32,000 bases of DNA, from assembly GCF_900186505.1 (NCBI RefSeq), contig NZ_LT891969.1:74323-106322 (forward strand), written 5' to 3'. Within the stretch, counting starts at the first letter, position 1. Each line of letters starts with the position of its first letter. Shown piece after piece: positions 30,659-32,000 of the stretch. The translations under genes and the position numbers were made by a program. Source of the DNA: Enorma phocaeensis. GTDB lineage: Bacteria; Actinomycetota; Coriobacteriia; Coriobacteriales; Coriobacteriaceae. Under the pieces are notes generated by a model. It was not told the DNA's origin, searched no databases, and was given only the letters and a program-made list of their open reading frames with translations.

Positions 30659-32000
30659 CTACCGGTTCATCAAGAAGATGACGAGTGCGACGATCGCGAT
30701 GACTACGACGGCGACGGCGACGATGACGCCTATGAACCGCAGGCGCGAGCCGCGGGTCCTCAGGCGCACGTCATGCTCGACGCCGGCGAGCTGCTCAACC
30801 TGGGCGCTTTTGACGCCAAAGGCCGCGCGGTCGTTTTCCAGGCGGGTGGCGAGCTCGGCTGTGACCTCGGGATGCGCGTGGATGTCGTTCGCCTCATCGA
30901 GGAGCGCCTGCGCCTCCATCGCCTCGTCCTCGGCATCGGCCGCTTGCTGCTCCTGCTCGCGCTTGGCCTTCTCCTGAGCGGAGATCTGGTCGCGCAGCGC
31001 GCGCTGGCGCTCGGCGGCGTCGTCCTTGGCCTCGCGATAGACGTTACGCGCCTCGTCGGCCGCTTCGCTGATCTCGCGGAACTGCTTCTTCGCCTCGTCG
31101 ATGGGCTTTTCCGCCTCGCTCACCGCCCAGCGGGCGCGCTCGAGCTCCTCGGCGAGCTCCTGGGTCACGCGCGGGAGGTCGTCTTGGGCGGCTTGCAGGT
31201 CGCGTGCGGCATCCGAGATGTCAGCCTCAAGCTCGTCGGCGCGCACGCTGTAGGCCGCCGAGTTCGCCGAGGGGTTGCGCTGGATCTCGGCGTATTCCTC
31301 TCGGAGCATGGCGAGGCGGTTCGAGGTGCTCTCCACCGCCGCCTTGGCCGCGGCCACGCCGTTCGTGTTGTCCGCCTCCGCCTTCTCGAGGTTACGCTTG
31401 GCATCATCGAGGCGCCGCTGCAGGCGGCTGCCGCTCTCGCGCGCGGAAGCCTCACGCGCCTCTGCCGCTTCGAGGGCGGCTTTCAGGCGCTTCTCGTTCT
31501 GCGCATCGGCATCCTTCATCTTCTTGAGCTCATCCTTGAGGCGGTCGATCTCGCCCTGGAGCCGCTCCTGCTCGAGCTCGCAGGCGGCGATAACCTTCTT
31601 CGCTTCATCCTTGCGCGCGCTTTCGGTCGAGATGATCTCCTCGTAGCGAGCGGCCACGTCCTGGCGATGGGCGAGCTCGGCCTGTTCGTCCTCGATCGCA
31701 TCCCCGATGGCTTCGAGCTCATCGCGGGCCGCCGCGTGCGCGCGCCTGGCTGCGCTCATCTCGCGCATGGCCGAAGCTCCCTGCGTGAAGAAGGTCCCCA
31801 CGGCATCGACGGCGGAGGTGAGCTGCTGAGCCGCCTCATCACCGGGCGAGGCGTCGCCTGTGCCAGGATCCGGGGCGAGCCCGCCATCATCGGGTTCATG
31901 TGCGCTTGCGTCAGGCGTCTGCTCGGTCCAGGGGCTGGGATCGAGGCCCTCGGACTGCGGCTCGGCCTGTGTGAGGTCTTGCTGGGTCGTTGCAGCTTGC
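30659..32000 (-). CDS. Tail-anchored coiled-coil protein (5' end probably outside window)
   Basis: A long Ala/Glu/Asp/Arg/Lys-rich heptad-like sequence ends in one C-terminal TM helix (FIGVIVAVAVVVIAIVALVIFLMNR). The frame stays open from the GTG at 31801 up to base 32000, so the true start may lie beyond the window. Confidence 0.7.
   Translation of the reverse strand, partial: QAATTQQDLTQAEPQSEGLDPSPWTEQTPDASAHEPDDGGLAPDPGTGDASPGDEAAQQLTSAVDAVGTFFTQGASAMREMSAARRAHAAARDELEAIGDAIEDEQAELAHRQDVAARYEEIISTESARKDEAKKVIAACELEQERLQGEIDRLKDELKKMKDADAQNEKRLKAALEAAEAREASARESGSRLQRRLDDAKRNLEKAEADNTNGVAAAKAAVESTSNRLAMLREEYAEIQRNPSANSAAYSVRADELEADISDAARDLQAAQDDLPRVTQELAEELERARWAVSEAEKPIDEAKKQFREISEAADEARNVYREAKDDAAERQRALRDQISAQEKAKREQEQQAADAEDEAMEAQALLDEANDIHAHPEVTAELATRLENDRAAFGVKSAQVEQLAGVEHDVRLRTRGSRLRFIGVIVAVAVVVIAIVALVIFLMNR

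Overview
High-GC chromosomal segment with actinobacterial gene content. SOR, a Na+-pumping biotin decarboxylase, QueH and a C69 dipeptidase suggest an anaerobic Coriobacteriia-like organism, but that is inference only. It is mostly housekeeping genes, in this order: dnaE 3' end; birA; a five-cistron Na+-translocating oxaloacetate-decarboxylase-type operon on the minus strand; a superoxide reductase; a NadE-like protein with degenerate catalytic motifs; ruvC-ruvA-ruvB behind a LexA-type box; a C69 dipeptidase; a phasin-like protein plus a UbiB/ABC1 kinase; a GNAT plus a histidine phosphatase; metG; a DUF3267 protein plus queH; a cation-homeostasis cluster; queA; one complete IS256-family (IS1249-like) insertion sequence; and a partial tail-anchored coiled-coil protein. 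In the decarboxylase operon the biotin-carrier gene is frameshifted and a 43-aa OadG-like ORF is absent from the ORF track. The cation cluster comprises a small membrane protein, an N-terminally truncated KdpD-like kinase, a KdpE-like regulator, a Na,K-ATPase-like P-type pump and two TrkA/RCK proteins. I found no rRNA, tRNA or CRISPR. The most interesting signal is that cluster: a Kdp-type two-component system sits next to a P2-type pump, with no kdpFABC in this window. The same roughly 24-nt AT-rich direct-repeat motif lies upstream of both the kinase operon and the pump gene. Other notable points are the doubly degenerate NadE paralogue, the split or frameshifted decarboxylase subunits, and an IS inserted exactly in the loop of the queA terminator hairpin. 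All family assignments come from remembered motifs, not from database searches.
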